Part shown: piece by piece, positions 1-11,321 of the stretch
Position numbering within the stretch: the first letter of the stretch is position 1
Layout: every line of letters starts with the position of its first letter
NCBI RefSeq assembly: GCF_963506605.1
Contig: NC_083288.1
Coordinates: forward strand, 29,698,001-29,762,000
Direction: 5' to 3'
From: Zootoca vivipara
Taxonomy: Eukaryota
DNA length: 64,000 bases
The notes under the pieces: generated by a model
Database searches by the model: none
What the model was told of the DNA's origin: nothing
Seen by the model: the letters and a program-made list of their open reading frames with translations, nothing else
Position numbers and translations under genes: made by a program

Positions 1-460
1 GGACGAGTGGATAACCAAAAGCCTAAGCCAACACTCGGATTAATTGGTGTAATTAAATAAAGTTGTGGCCTAAATTAATTGCCAAAAACCAAACCATAAT
101 TCTGGTGTCAGTTGTGAGTTATTTCAGGTAAATTTCTGGTAAGCCTCGACACACAATCTATTTTTGCTGTTACTGAATTTGAAAAATTAACTAGAAAACA
201 CTGTAAGTACTAATTTCTGATATGTTTGGTTTAGATATCTGTTCTTAATAATGTGTATAACTGAAATCAGTATTCTATTTTTGTTGTTAGTGAATCTGAA
301 AAATTAACAAGAAAACACTGTGGCCTAAGCCTAAATAAGAAACTGTACTTTCACTGTAAGTATTGCTTGTACAAATTTGTTTGTCCAAACACCATTTTAG
401 ATATTTTGTTTAAATACTAAAGAACTTAACTTGAATGTATTAAAATAACATAAAGAAGAA

Positions 461-524
461 GATACCACTGAAGAAGCCCAATACTGGGCGAAACAGGTCC
501 TAAACGCCGGCAACCTGTCTGTTG
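461..524 (+). ncRNA. Type I hammerhead ribozyme motif (canonical core)
   Basis: CTGAAGA (468-474), A, stem II GCCCA-atac-TGGGC (476-489), GAAA (490-493), stem III CAGGT...ACCTG (494-498/513-517), then TC (518-519, GTC cleavage triplet). Stem I is weak (TACCA/TGTTG, one mismatch). Confidence 0.75.
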
Positions 525-1192
525 CGTCATTGCTGACCCACCCTGTATCGCATGTACTTTGTGTTCACCTTATTTCCTGTCAATACATTTAGACTTTGGA
601 TATTTCTGTGCCTTCGTGTTCTGCCTGTGTTGTATCACATTTGAACTCTGCACGTTCTTTCAGAGTCCCCAGTTAATGGAAAAACTCTTCTCCCACACCG
701 TTCAAAGTACCAAAGTGTTTATTGTCTCCAGACACAAGAGATTCCTAAACACTACTATATGTACAGTTCTTCTGGATTTTGAAGTAAAGATACATACGTA
801 CAGAGATCTGCTAACACTATCACCATGCTAGCTAACACTGCTTTGTAAAAACCTACAACCTCTTCTCCTTTCTCTCACAGATTCAGACCCTGACACCCAA
901 GCAGGACAGCAACAGGACATGCACAGCAAATCCATAATGAAAGCAAAGCCCTAGAGATTATTATACATTTGTCTATGTGTAGACATGTTTCCTGAACCAA
1001 TGGCTCAGTAAGTCATACACTGGACCTCGTTGGTGTTGCCGTGGTAACAAAGTGCACCTGGTACCCTTATCTCAGAACATTCAGACATGGGGTATTTATA
1101 CCTTAAGACAGGAGCCCAAGCACTGTGTAATTTAACCTATTGTTCATATTACACCCACAAGATGGTGTATCACATTTCTAAAGGAATTCATG

Positions 1193-1275
<83 letters not shown>
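1193..1275. repeat. Compound (CA)n(TA)n microsatellite
   Basis: Read directly from the sequence. Confidence 0.95.
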
Positions 1276-1277
<2 letters not shown>

Positions 1278-1975
1278 CCTTACAGAACGTCATGAATGAC
1301 TACAGCAGGTTTTTGAAAAAGATCAGGTCACAAATAGAAACAGAGACTAGGCTAGTCCCCTAAATGTTCCCCTGGTGCCTCCTTTCCAAAGCCCAGGAAG
1401 CTTCTGCCCAGCTTAGGGATTGAGGCGCGGTGCTCACATGCCCGACATCAGGACGTCACAACATCACACACATGACATCGACCCCCCCATGCCCTTTGGA
1501 AGTTAGCGCCTCTGGCCCTAGCTGTTCCCCTATGGGAAATTTCACCGCATGCCACTGGAATAGTGGGCTCGATGAAAGCAAAATAAAAATTATAAAGGAT
1601 TTGCTGAAAAAAGCCTTTGACTTGAAACAGATCTTTATTTGGCATTACAAAATGACTGGACCATGTAACTAGAAAAAGGAAGATCCCCTGCTGAGCTCTT
1701 GTTTAATAGAAAACATAGGACCAGACTACAATGTGCCGAACACCTGCACTCCGACTTTACACAAGGTGTTCAGTCTCAGATACAAAAGAGACTGAGACAA
1801 AAATGTGTGATGGCACAGGGTTATGAGCACAAATCCCACCACAACCAAAGGTGATGGTCAAAAGGCATGATGGTATCATATGGACACGTAGGGCTCTTAA
1901 CAAAAAGTAACTTCCAGATCATATCAAATACAGACCTCAGATTGTCAAGTATTCAAATGCAAGAGAAAGCATCTA

Positions 1976-2553
1976 CCATATTTTTCACTCCATAAGACAA
2001 ACTTTTCCCGCCTAAAAAGGAGCGTAGGGTAGGCCCGCTCGCAAGAGCAGGCTTGGTAGCCGCCGCCACTTGCAAGTGCGGGGGTTAGCCGTGGTTGCCC
2101 TTGCGAGACCCGGCGGTAGGATCAGAGCCTCGATAGGGCTCCTTTCGGAGCGCTGATCCTGCCACCGCAACTCGCAAGTTGCCCCTGTGAGAGCCGGCGG
2201 CGGGATCAGCTCCTTTGGGGCACTGATCCCACCGCCACTTCTCGCAAGAGCAGGCTTGGTAGGTAGCCTTCCCCCCCCCTCTCTCACCCCTTCCTTCCTT
2301 CCTTCCTTCCTTCCTTCCTTCCTTCCTTCCTGTGACTGTCCTCAAGGTCTGCTTGCTTTACAGCGAGGCGAGAGGAGGGACAGACGGGAGCCCCTCTGCC
2401 CCTCCTCCCAGCTCACTGTAAAGCAAGCAAATGGAGAGCCGCTTACACACTCTGCAGGGCTCTCGCTAGAAAAGAATTTTTTTTCTTGTTTTCCTCCTCT
2501 AAAAATCAGGTGCGTCTTATGGTCAGGTGCATCTTATGGAGCGAAAAATATGG
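1976..2553. mobile_element. Non-autonomous Tc1/mariner (pogo-like) DNA transposon
   Basis: Terminal inverted repeats (TIRs) CCATATTTTTCACTCCATAAGAC / TCTTATGGAGCGAAAAATATGG, TA on the left, GC-rich interior with a (TTCC)n tract. Confidence 0.7.
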
Positions 2554-2719
2554 CATTTCAGATATCATAAAAGGGAGGGCATAATAGCAGAAGTAGGAGG
2601 AACACAGAAGGAGAGAGAGATACTGAGCTGGTCATATCTCACACAAGTATTTTGAATATTATATAATGAGCTGTTTTGAAACAGGAAGATATGTAAATAC
2701 ATATCTTCAATATTTGTGT

Positions 2720-3066
2720 TATACCCATGGGGCATTTTTTTTTAAAAAAAGAAAATGCTATGGTTGTTTTGTATGGGACTCCTGAGTCGAAGAATCCAGG
2801 AAAGCAATTGTTAATTTGTTTGGGGCTCTTGAGACCAAACTCCCAAGAACATAAATATAATAATAGTACTAATTTTTCACCCCATAGTAAAATCATCATT
2901 CTGCAAGTATATAAAAACATTTTCACTGTCTCAGAAGAAAAAGAGGGAGAGATTTTTCTTTAAAAAGAAAAAAAGATCCATGAGTGGCTAGAAGAATACA
3001 GAACATCTTAAAGTGATGAAGAAATCGCATTTGGAAATCTATTTTTTATTAAGAAAATAGTAAGAT
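2720..3066 (+). promoter_or_regulatory. Putative promoter and non-coding exon 1 of OR locus 1
   Basis: Block conserved with 9230-9576. O/E-like palindromes (CCCATGGGG, GACTCCTGAGTC 2777-2788, CTCTTGAG), TTAATT, and a splice donor GTAAGA at 3060. Confidence 0.5.
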
Positions 3067-3447
3067 ATTTATATTTTTATAACATTGGTTATACCTGGAT
3101 AGCTTTCAGAGAGCAAAATGCAAACAATGTTACCATAGGATATTGTGCAGAATGGGAAATCATGCTTGTTTTAAGTTTTTCCTGAAACGTGACATAGACT
3201 GCACATAGAAAAACCAGTGACATGGTTTGCATGACAAGCTAAGCCAAATTTCTTGCTGCTATAGTCACATACATGAATAAATTTCTATACAATTAGGGTA
3301 GTTCTGCCCCTATAATTACCAGAAGAAAAAGGACTACTTAGCAGTAGTTTATTTTAGGATAATGGTGCATTATCAACATGGAGCTGAAAGCTAAGTTCTC
3401 CTTCAGATGAAGATTTATTATTACACTATTTTGTTATCTTCTTTCTT

Positions 3448-4557
3448 ATTTATAATTTTTATTGATTTTATAACAAAATACAGAAAAGAAAACATAAAAA
3501 GAAAAAAAAATCAATCTCCATTATCCAATTCTAATTCTTAACATTATGGACTTCCCCACATCCCACTTCTTGAGTTCATCTTGATAACTAAATTTGCAGT
3601 ATTCATATATCTTAATTTTACATCACAATTTATCACTTAATCCTAATCTTAAACATTTATCCTTACTAATCATAAGCATTTGTCATCTTTTAATTCCCAT
3701 TCCTATATTACATCATTCTCTTCACTTTTATACAATTCAAAGCCATTATTCGCTACCCAAAAATATCCATAAATCCTTTTCTATATCTTCTTCTATAATC
3801 CCATTTTTAGCCTAATTCAACCCCCCTTCCCTTGGAATTGGGTCTCCAGAGATTTCAGCTAGCTCCTTAAAACTTTCCAGGTTCAGACCGTCTTTATCCA
3901 CTCCATGATCATTTAAACAATATTCTACCTTCACCCCACTCCCACTCTGTCCCACTCCAATCCTTGCTCTGTCCTCACCCCCTGCCGCTTTCCCATCTCC
4001 TTATCTTCTTTCTCCCTTTCCTTCTGTCCCCCACGTACATCCTTTCCCCCCTCTCTCACTGGGGTGACAACCTTTCTAATTTTCCCTTTTTCGGGGACTT
4101 TTGAATCGAAAACAACTCCTGTTCCCCCCCTCCCACCAGTGGAACAGTGGTCTCTCTCTCTCTCTCTCTCTCTCTTGTTCTTCTTCTTCTTCCTTTTCTT
4201 CCTGATCACCATATTTTCCAAGGTTCAAAATTACAGATTCCCTGTTCGTTTCTGATGGTTCAGCAGTCTTCTCCTCTAAAATTGATATTTTCCTGTTAGG
4301 GGTGGGCATCCCATCCTTCAAGCACATCTCCTCTTACATTTCCGAGATTTTTCCCAAGATTAAGTCCCAAAGAATATTTAACTCTTCGGAATCCAGAAAC
4401 TTCTCCACGATTTTGCTATTGTGCTCCTTTTCCGTAGCTACGACAGAGCCGGAAACAGTATTGTTGCTGTCTTAATTTTTTTATTTTCCAAGCTTAAAGG
4501 ATAAAGATCCATCCAAACTGGTTTCAACATCTATTTCTTTAATCATCCTCTTAATTA
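3448..4557 (-). mobile_element. L1-like non-LTR retroelement remnant in the presumed intron of OR locus 1
   Basis: 14-bp TSD TTATCTTCTTTCTT at 3434-3447 and 4558-4571, T-rich tail at the left end, absent from the paralogous region upstream of OR locus 3 (about 16400-16590). Confidence 0.6.
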
Positions 4558-4668
4558 TTATCTTCTTTCTTTGGAATCTATATCCCACAAAAACCACATC
4601 CAAAGCAGTATTGGATAACAAAAAATGTTTATCAGTAGAGAACTTAAACCTATGCTTTTCTTCTAGTG

Positions 4669-5706
4669 ATGAATGCAACGATTGGCAATGAATCCTCTGT
4701 CTCTGAATTTCTACTCCTGGAGTTTTCAGCTGTACGGGAACTGCAGATTCTACACTTCTTTCTGTTCCTGGTATTGTACCTGGCAATTGTATTTGGGAAT
4801 CTTCTCATCATCTCTGCTGTAGCCTTTGACCACCACCTTCACACTCCCATGTACTTCTTTCTGATGAACCTGGCCATACAGGACATAGGGGCTGTTTCAG
4901 TCACCATCCCCAAATCTATGGCCAATTCTTTCATGAATACCAGACACATATCTTATGCTGGATGCGTTGCTCAAGTTTTTTTCTTTTTCTTTTTCTTATC
5001 ATGTGATATTGCCCTTCTTACGGTTATGGCATATGATCGCTATGCTGCCATCTGCAATCCCTTACAATATGAAATGGTGATGAACACGGCAGCCTGCAAA
5101 CAAATGGTTGCTGGTGTGTGGGTTGCTGGAATTTTAAATGCAGTCATGCACACGAGTGCAATTTTTGCAACCCCTTTCTGCTCAAACATTGTCAATCAGT
5201 TTTTCTGTGAGATCCCACAGTTACTTAAACTTTCCTGCTCTAATTTATACCTTACAGAAATTGGAGTCTTGCTGGTGAGCATAACATTTGTGTTTGGTTG
5301 TTTTGTCTTCATCATTGTCACTTATGTACACATCTTTACTGTGGTTCTGAAAGTTCCTTCTCTTCAGGGAAGGAAAAAGGCTTTCTCTACTTGCATACCT
5401 CACCTTGTTGTCTTCTCCCTATTTTGTGTTACAGAATGTTTTGCTTACCTTAGGCCTCCCTCAAAAACTCCATCTAATGGGGACTTTGCAATAACTGTGA
5501 TGTATACCATTGTACCACCCATGTTCAACCCAATAATTTACAGCATAAGAAATAAAGAGATTAAAAATGCTGTATCAAAGCTCTTGGGTGTGAAGCACCC
5601 TTCTATGAATATCTTTTTCAGGTTTTTTTCTGAAAAGGTTACATTTCCCTTGGTAGGTCTAAGCATAGGGAACTGTGGAGATATCACAACCAGTTCCAGC
5701 TTCTAG
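4669..5706 (+). CDS. Olfactory receptor, class II, family 14-like (OR locus 1)
   Basis: Motifs LHTPMYFFL, MAYDRYAAICNPL, FFCEIPQLLKLSC, KAFSTCIPHL, PPMFNPIIYSIRNKE; N-glycosylation site NES; splice acceptor TTTTCTTCTAG ending at 4666. Confidence 0.95.
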   Translation: MNATIGNESSVSEFLLLEFSAVRELQILHFFLFLVLYLAIVFGNLLIISAVAFDHHLHTPMYFFLMNLAIQDIGAVSVTIPKSMANSFMNTRHISYAGCVAQVFFFFFFLSCDIALLTVMAYDRYAAICNPLQYEMVMNTAACKQMVAGVWVAGILNAVMHTSAIFATPFCSNIVNQFFCEIPQLLKLSCSNLYLTEIGVLLVSITFVFGCFVFIIVTYVHIFTVVLKVPSLQGRKKAFSTCIPHLVVFSLFCVTECFAYLRPPSKTPSNGDFAITVMYTIVPPMFNPIIYSIRNKEIKNAVSKLLGVKHPSMNIFFRFFSEKVTFPLVGLSIGNCGDITTSSSF

Positions 5707-6665
5707 ATAAATTTTGATATGCAGACTCAAAATCTGCCAGGTGTCACAATGACATCTTGGGTTCCTCCACCTTAAATGTACTATTAATAATTTTGCATCT
5801 TTGATCACACGGCCTATAAATCATACATTTAGTTTTTCATTTAGTGCATGCCTACCCTTTCTCTTGTCCCACTGCTTTCATCAGGCAATCAGCTTTTCTG
5901 TGGATTGTAATTTCTTTCTATTTGAAGCCAAAGAGTGGGTTTTCCTGGGGAAAGGAGCAGAGAAAGAAGAAAAAAACCACTCACATCCTTGGTTTCTAGC
6001 CATGGGAGTAGTAAAATTCTGGATGAACCCTTCTTTAGGAATCCCTTAGGCAAAGGTAAAAACCCTAGAACTTCATCACTCTGATACCTAAACCACAAAA
6101 GTTCATACAATCATTATACAGCAGAGCTCATGGAAAGTAATGAAGTTGTATTAAAGGAGACACTCTTGCAGGACCCAAAACAATGAAGGCACAAATGCTT
6201 ATAAAATACAGAGCATACTGGGACAGGGAAATTCAAGAAAGGAGCCAGAGAAATTTATGATGGCCTCAAGTGAATGAGGGTATAGATAAAAAGGTTAGAG
6301 GCTACCATATAAATCAGATATATCATGCAGGATGACATTAAGAATCTATGGATATTGAACAAGCAACAGTATGATTTGGGTCCAAGCTGGGAATACATTT
6401 GTTTACATGCTGGGGATGTGACTACTTGCTAGTCAGAGATTCTTACTCAAATTTGCTATGAAATACATTTACTGATTCACACTTCTGTGAATGAAATGGT
6501 TAATCTGAGCCCTGAAGTCAAGTTAGCAGGCTCCCAGCTGCTATTGCCCCTTCCCTCTTCTTTCTCTATGTGCTGTTTCCTGGAACAGGCTCAAGCTGCA
6601 GCACAGCTCCCAGCTGTAAAAGAAACCAAGAGACCTAAAGCTATTCAAAAAAGGATTTTACAGTA

Positions 6666-6891
6666 CAATGGTACCTTGGTTTAAGAACAATTTGGTTTAG
6701 AAACTCCGCAAAACAGGAAACAAGTGTCCTGGTTTGAGAACTTTACCTTGGTCTAAGAATGGAATCTTAACGGTGGAAGGGCACCGGCGGTGGGAGGCCT
6801 CATTAGGGAAAGGACGTCTCAGTTTAAGAATGGTTTCTGTTTAAGAACAAACGTCCGGAACGGATTAAGTTCGTAAACCAAGGTACTACTG
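6666..6891. mobile_element. Tigger/pogo-like MITE
   Basis: TIRs CAATGGTACCTTGGTTTAAGAAC / GTTCGTAAACCAAGGTACTACTG, TA on both sides. Confidence 0.75.
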
Positions 6892-7237
6892 TATACATCT
6901 TTGCTAACCAAAATATTGCATGTTCCTTTTTGCAAGGAAATGAAGCTCTTTTATTTTCAAGTCATTTAGAACACTTTTACTTCTTTAATTTTTGTACTGC
7001 CGATGGATAAAGACTTGCTTGTTGTAAGGTTTGAAACTTTGTGAGTAAATATCTTCACATATTTGCCAAGCTAAGTGTCTATGATTTCTTCTAGCTGAAG
7101 GATTTTCACAGGGAATCCAGGCATGTTTTAATGTGCTTGGAGAAATTGTAGAGAGTGATTTGCAAATTGTATTATTGAGCTAGATCGGATCCTATAGTTT
7201 GCATTGCCTGCATTGTATGAATTCTGACTGTATAGGC

Positions 7238-7836
7238 TGTAGCCCTGGGATGTCTTGTGTAAAATGCATTTTCCTTTGCCTCTCTCTGTGTGCCAAAGGG
7301 TAATGTAAACAAAACAGGATGCCCAGCTAAGCTATCAAGACCAAATGATTGTCTTGTCTGATGCTAGCAGTCTGATGCAAAGAGCAGCAAGATAGTCAAG
7401 GCTGTTGAGCCAGCATGTGTTTAGAGTCTACACCCAGAGATATGAATTCAACAGTAATTGACAATATGCATAGACGATGTGAAGGGGGGGGGGAGAGATG
7501 CGCAAATCACCATTGTTCCCTATAGTCCTGTTTATGTTACCATTGCCTAAGCCAGCATATGTTTACGCACAGAACATGTACTAGTGACCCCCTTGCGTGC
7601 GTGAACCCCTTGCGTGCGCACAGTTACAGGGAGGGGGAAAGAGCCCAAAAGAAGGGTATAAGAGAGCTTTGCAATTTGTGTTGCTTTACTCATGTCGTGG
7701 AACTAGCCACCTTGAGTCTCTTATTAATAAGAAATAAAATTCTTTCTCTGGAAGAACTCAACCCCGGTGTCATTTTGACTATCTTTTGTCCTTGCCTGGG
7801 TGCAACTAAGGACCCTTATCAGCAAATAAGGCTACA
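7238..7836 (+). mobile_element. Possible solo LTR
   Basis: Inverted termini TGTAGCC...GGCTACA, TATAA (about 7656) followed by AATAAA (about 7733). No TSD found. Confidence 0.35.
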
Positions 7837-8149
7837 AAATAAGCATTGTGCTAACTCAACCAAAAGTATCCTGAAATAGTTACACTTGAGGAAAACAATT
7901 GAGAGCTATCTTTTCACATGTACTTAAGAAGTATAGTATGATTTTTTTTCCCATGTTACTTCTTGTCTCCGAAGGTTCCAGTCTAGTGGCCTGGCAGAAA
8001 GTGCAATGAAAATTATAAATTATTTGCTGGAAAAAAGGGCCTTGGACTCAAAACGGATCCTTATTTGGCATTACAAAATTACAGGGCCACATAGTTAGAA
8101 CACAGGGAAGCTCCCCTGATAAGCTCTTGTTTCATAGAAAACTCAGGAC

Positions 8150-9060
8150 TAGGATACCATGTGTGTTATCAAAAATTAGTCCGAGGAGGTCCGGTTGAAA
8201 CAAGAAGGTTCCAGAAAGTCTTACCGTATATGGCATTGCATGGACAGGCGGAGTCCCCCAATCCCCCCCCCCCCGGTGACCCGCTGAGTGGGATAAAGAC
8301 GCATAACAACGTGCTATGGGATTAAAATTGGCCACAACTTTATTAAGATTCAGATGTAGGGAGACCTTGGCTCAGGCATTGGGCGTTATCCCTCCCAGTC
8401 CCCCGCCAGGGTTCTGGAAGGCTTCGGGGTTATCTACATGTATAGGGGTTGGGGCTGGGGCTGGAGAACATATGTTCAAGCAGCGAGAGCCTGCCACCTG
8501 TTCGCCGCCGCTGGAAGGGGGAAGTGATGATGCCTTTTGCCATGGTCAAGGCTTCACCCAATACCCCGCTCTTGTTGCCGCAAAGGGGGTGAGGTCTCCG
8601 CGTCATACCCCTCCCTCTAGGAAAATCGCCAAAGAATTCCGCCCAAGGCCTGACACCGCCAAAGTTGTGACGTATTGCTACGGGAAAGGCGAAACCTGCC
8701 AATGCAGGAAAATTCCTTTCCGACCCTTCAACAGCGACCCTGACGTAGCAGCGCCTGTGAAGCTGTAGAGAAAAGGTTAACCTGCAAAAGAACATGAATG
8801 AAGGGTGTGGAGGGTGGGCTAAGCTCTGGAACCAACTGGTGCTTGGAGGTAAGATTCAAATTCTCTTGTGTGAGCCGGAGAGTCCCTCCCCTTACCTGGC
8901 CATCCCCTGGCAACACCTCCCCAGGCAGGATTGGACGCTGGGCTTGGGTAGGCGGAGACCCCTGGCATCCTACCTGGGAAGGTGATGCCACCCCAAACTA
9001 CCAGGGAGTCACCCTCTGGGAGCAGGGGGCTGCGTGCGTCCATGCAAAAGTCGCCCCCCA
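8150..9060 (-). repeat. Unclassified dispersed repeat family (AATAAAGTTGTGGCC / CGTCACAACTT motifs)
   Basis: GGCCACAACTTTATT at 8330-8344 and AAGTTGTGACG at about 8662. It interrupts the homology between the OR1 and OR2 upstream units. Boundaries are approximate. Confidence 0.5.
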
Positions 9061-9229
9061 TTCATTTGTGGAGTGGTCATTAACATTACCATTTTTAAGA
9101 ATATCACATCGTATGTTCTTTAGAAACAGCAATGTAAGCAAAGATTAATATCGGTGGTTTATTCTAGTTTGAGTATTTTCATGAGCAATGTTTGTTTAAA
9201 GGTGGAAGTTTACATACTTTGATGGATTT

Positions 9230-9576
9230 GTGTTAGACTCCTGGGACCAAGGCTTAACAAACACTACTGATGCTTTTTGTGGGACTCCTGAGTCCAAGCA
9301 ACAAAGGAACACAATTGGTGATTTGTTTGAGGCTCTTGAGACCAAACTCCCAGGAACATAACTATATCAATAGTAATAAATTTCCACCCCAAGGTAAAAT
9401 CTCCATTCTGCAAGGGTATAGAAAGATTTTAACTTTCACAGAAGAAAATGAGCAGGTGATTTATTTATTTATTTGAAAAAAAAGGTCCATGAGTGGCTAG
9501 AAGACTACAGAACATGTCAAAGTGATGAAGAAATTGCACCTGGAAATCTATTTTCTATAAAGGGAAAGAGTAAGAT
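9230..9576 (+). promoter_or_regulatory. Putative promoter and non-coding exon 1 of OR locus 2
   Basis: Paralogous to 2720-3066. GGACTCCTGAGTCC (9282-9295), CTCTTGAG, CTCCCAGGA, splice donor GTAAGA at 9570. Confidence 0.5.
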
Positions 9577-10334
9577 GCTTATTTTTTTATATAACTTTAG
9601 TGAAACCTGGGTAGTTTTCGGAGAATTAAATGCAGACAATACTGCTATCGTATATTGTGTAGAATGAGAAATCCTGCTTGTTATGTGGTCTCTCCTGAAA
9701 CCTATATAGACTGCACATAGAATACCCATTGACCTGGTTTCCATGACAAGCTAAATCAAATCTTAACTTAATGAGACTGCACAAATGTGCCACCTCCTAG
9801 ATTACAGTAGCTTTCCTCCTCCGTAGTCTTTTTTACTGTCACCTTAAGCTATACCAGGATTTGACTGAGCACATCATCCAAACCATGACTAGTGGTTAGT
9901 CTCTCTCCTCACTAGCAATGGTCTATCAACCAAGAACAAACCTTCACTGCAGCTCCTAGTGAGTGAGGAGAGAGCTTTAGCACTTTGCTAGGTTTAGCAT
10001 TCTGTGATAGCAAAAAGATCTGGGAAGAAGTGAAGCAGCTGTAAGCTTCTCTCCAAGAGCCTATACATTTGTACATTCATAAGACTGAGGTCTGTGCACA
10101 GTCCACATTAAGGTTAAAAACATACAACAAAGATTAAAACAATTTAAACCTATGTGATCTCAACTAGGAAGGAGTTACAAAGCATTGGGCTCAGAATACT
10201 GAATACATGCCTCCTGGGAAGTATGAGCTATATTTCTGAGTCATGTGGAACCACTACTCAGTCAAAGACCTCGCTGATCAAACAGGGATATTAGGAATCA
10301 AGCTGTTACGGTATCCTGAACACAAGTTGTGATA

Positions 10335-10524
10335 CAAAAAAATAATAATCCTTCCAGTAGCACCTTAGAGACCAACTAGGTTTGTCATTGGTATGAGCTT
10401 TCGTGTGCATGCACACTTCTTCAGATACACTAAAACAGAAGTCACCAGACCCTTATGTGTAGTCAGAGGGTGGGGTGGGGGTGATGGGAATGGGTGATGG
10501 GCTGATAGGTGTGGTAAACCTGAA
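10335..10524 (-). mobile_element. Short Penelope-like element 3'/pLTR fragment
   Basis: Reverse complement matches 40135-40310 of the large Penelope copy. 13-bp flanking direct repeat ACAAGTTGTGATA at 10322-10334 and 10525-10537. Confidence 0.85.
10391..10428 (-). ncRNA. Minimal Penelope-type hammerhead ribozyme motif
   Basis: Reverse complement reads GTAT CTGAAGA A GTGTGCATGCACAC GAAA GC TC ATAC, identical to 40221-40258. Confidence 0.7.
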
Positions 10525-10778
10525 ACAAGTTGTGATAGGCATTGCACTAGAAATTAACACAAAAATTGAATTTGAGTCTGCATTATATGGGCATAATATG
10601 GGCAACTGATCATCCTCCTATATTTAAGTGTATACTTATACCCCAGCCAGATGGGCAGGGTATAAATAATAAATTATAATTATTATATTATTATAATTAA
10701 GTATCAAAATTGAAGAAACTATCAAATTACGTTTTGTAAATATGTAGATGATAGTGAGACGCATCTGCCCTCTGCATA

Positions 10779-10942
10779 CAGGGCTGCCATATGCCTGGAC
10801 ATTACCAGAATTTCAAAGGCGGAATTGATGTCCGAGGGGAATTTCCGAAAGGCGGTGCGAAGGCAATTGAAAAATCGTGGGTCTTTGGCTGAACAATTTT
10901 GGAGGTGTCCAGGTTTTTACTTTCTGAAATATGGCAACCTTA
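10779..10942. mobile_element. hAT-like MITE remnant
   Basis: Termini CAGGGCTGCCATAT / ATATGGCAACCTTA. Confidence 0.45.
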
Positions 10943-11321
10943 AGAAAGTATGGCAAGGATTGTGGTAGGACTCTGGTGTTACACCTCCAGGAGTGGCATC
11001 ATTCATTTTCAAGAGATTGAGGGCAGCACCATCTTCCAGTTTTGAAACAACAGTATTTAATTTTGAAATATTGTTGTATTATTTTTAAAGAATTAAAAAC
11101 TAAATCCTCCTTTGATGAGGATTTATTCTTACATTCTTTTGTTCAAGTCCTTCTCTTGCCTTCTATATCTCACAAAAGCTTTTCCAAAGTATTAAATATT
11201 TCTTATCAGAAGAGGATTTAAACCAATGTTTAAATGTTTATGCCAATAAAGGTCAATAACAACAACCAATGTTGATCTTCCTGTTGTGTTTTTCCCCCCA
11301 AAGGCAGCAAGCATCATAGTA

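Noticed and set aside
1087-1299. Short ORFs with HT/YI or poly-L runs (also 20921, 25202, 33967, 53199)
   Set aside because: They are translations of microsatellites.
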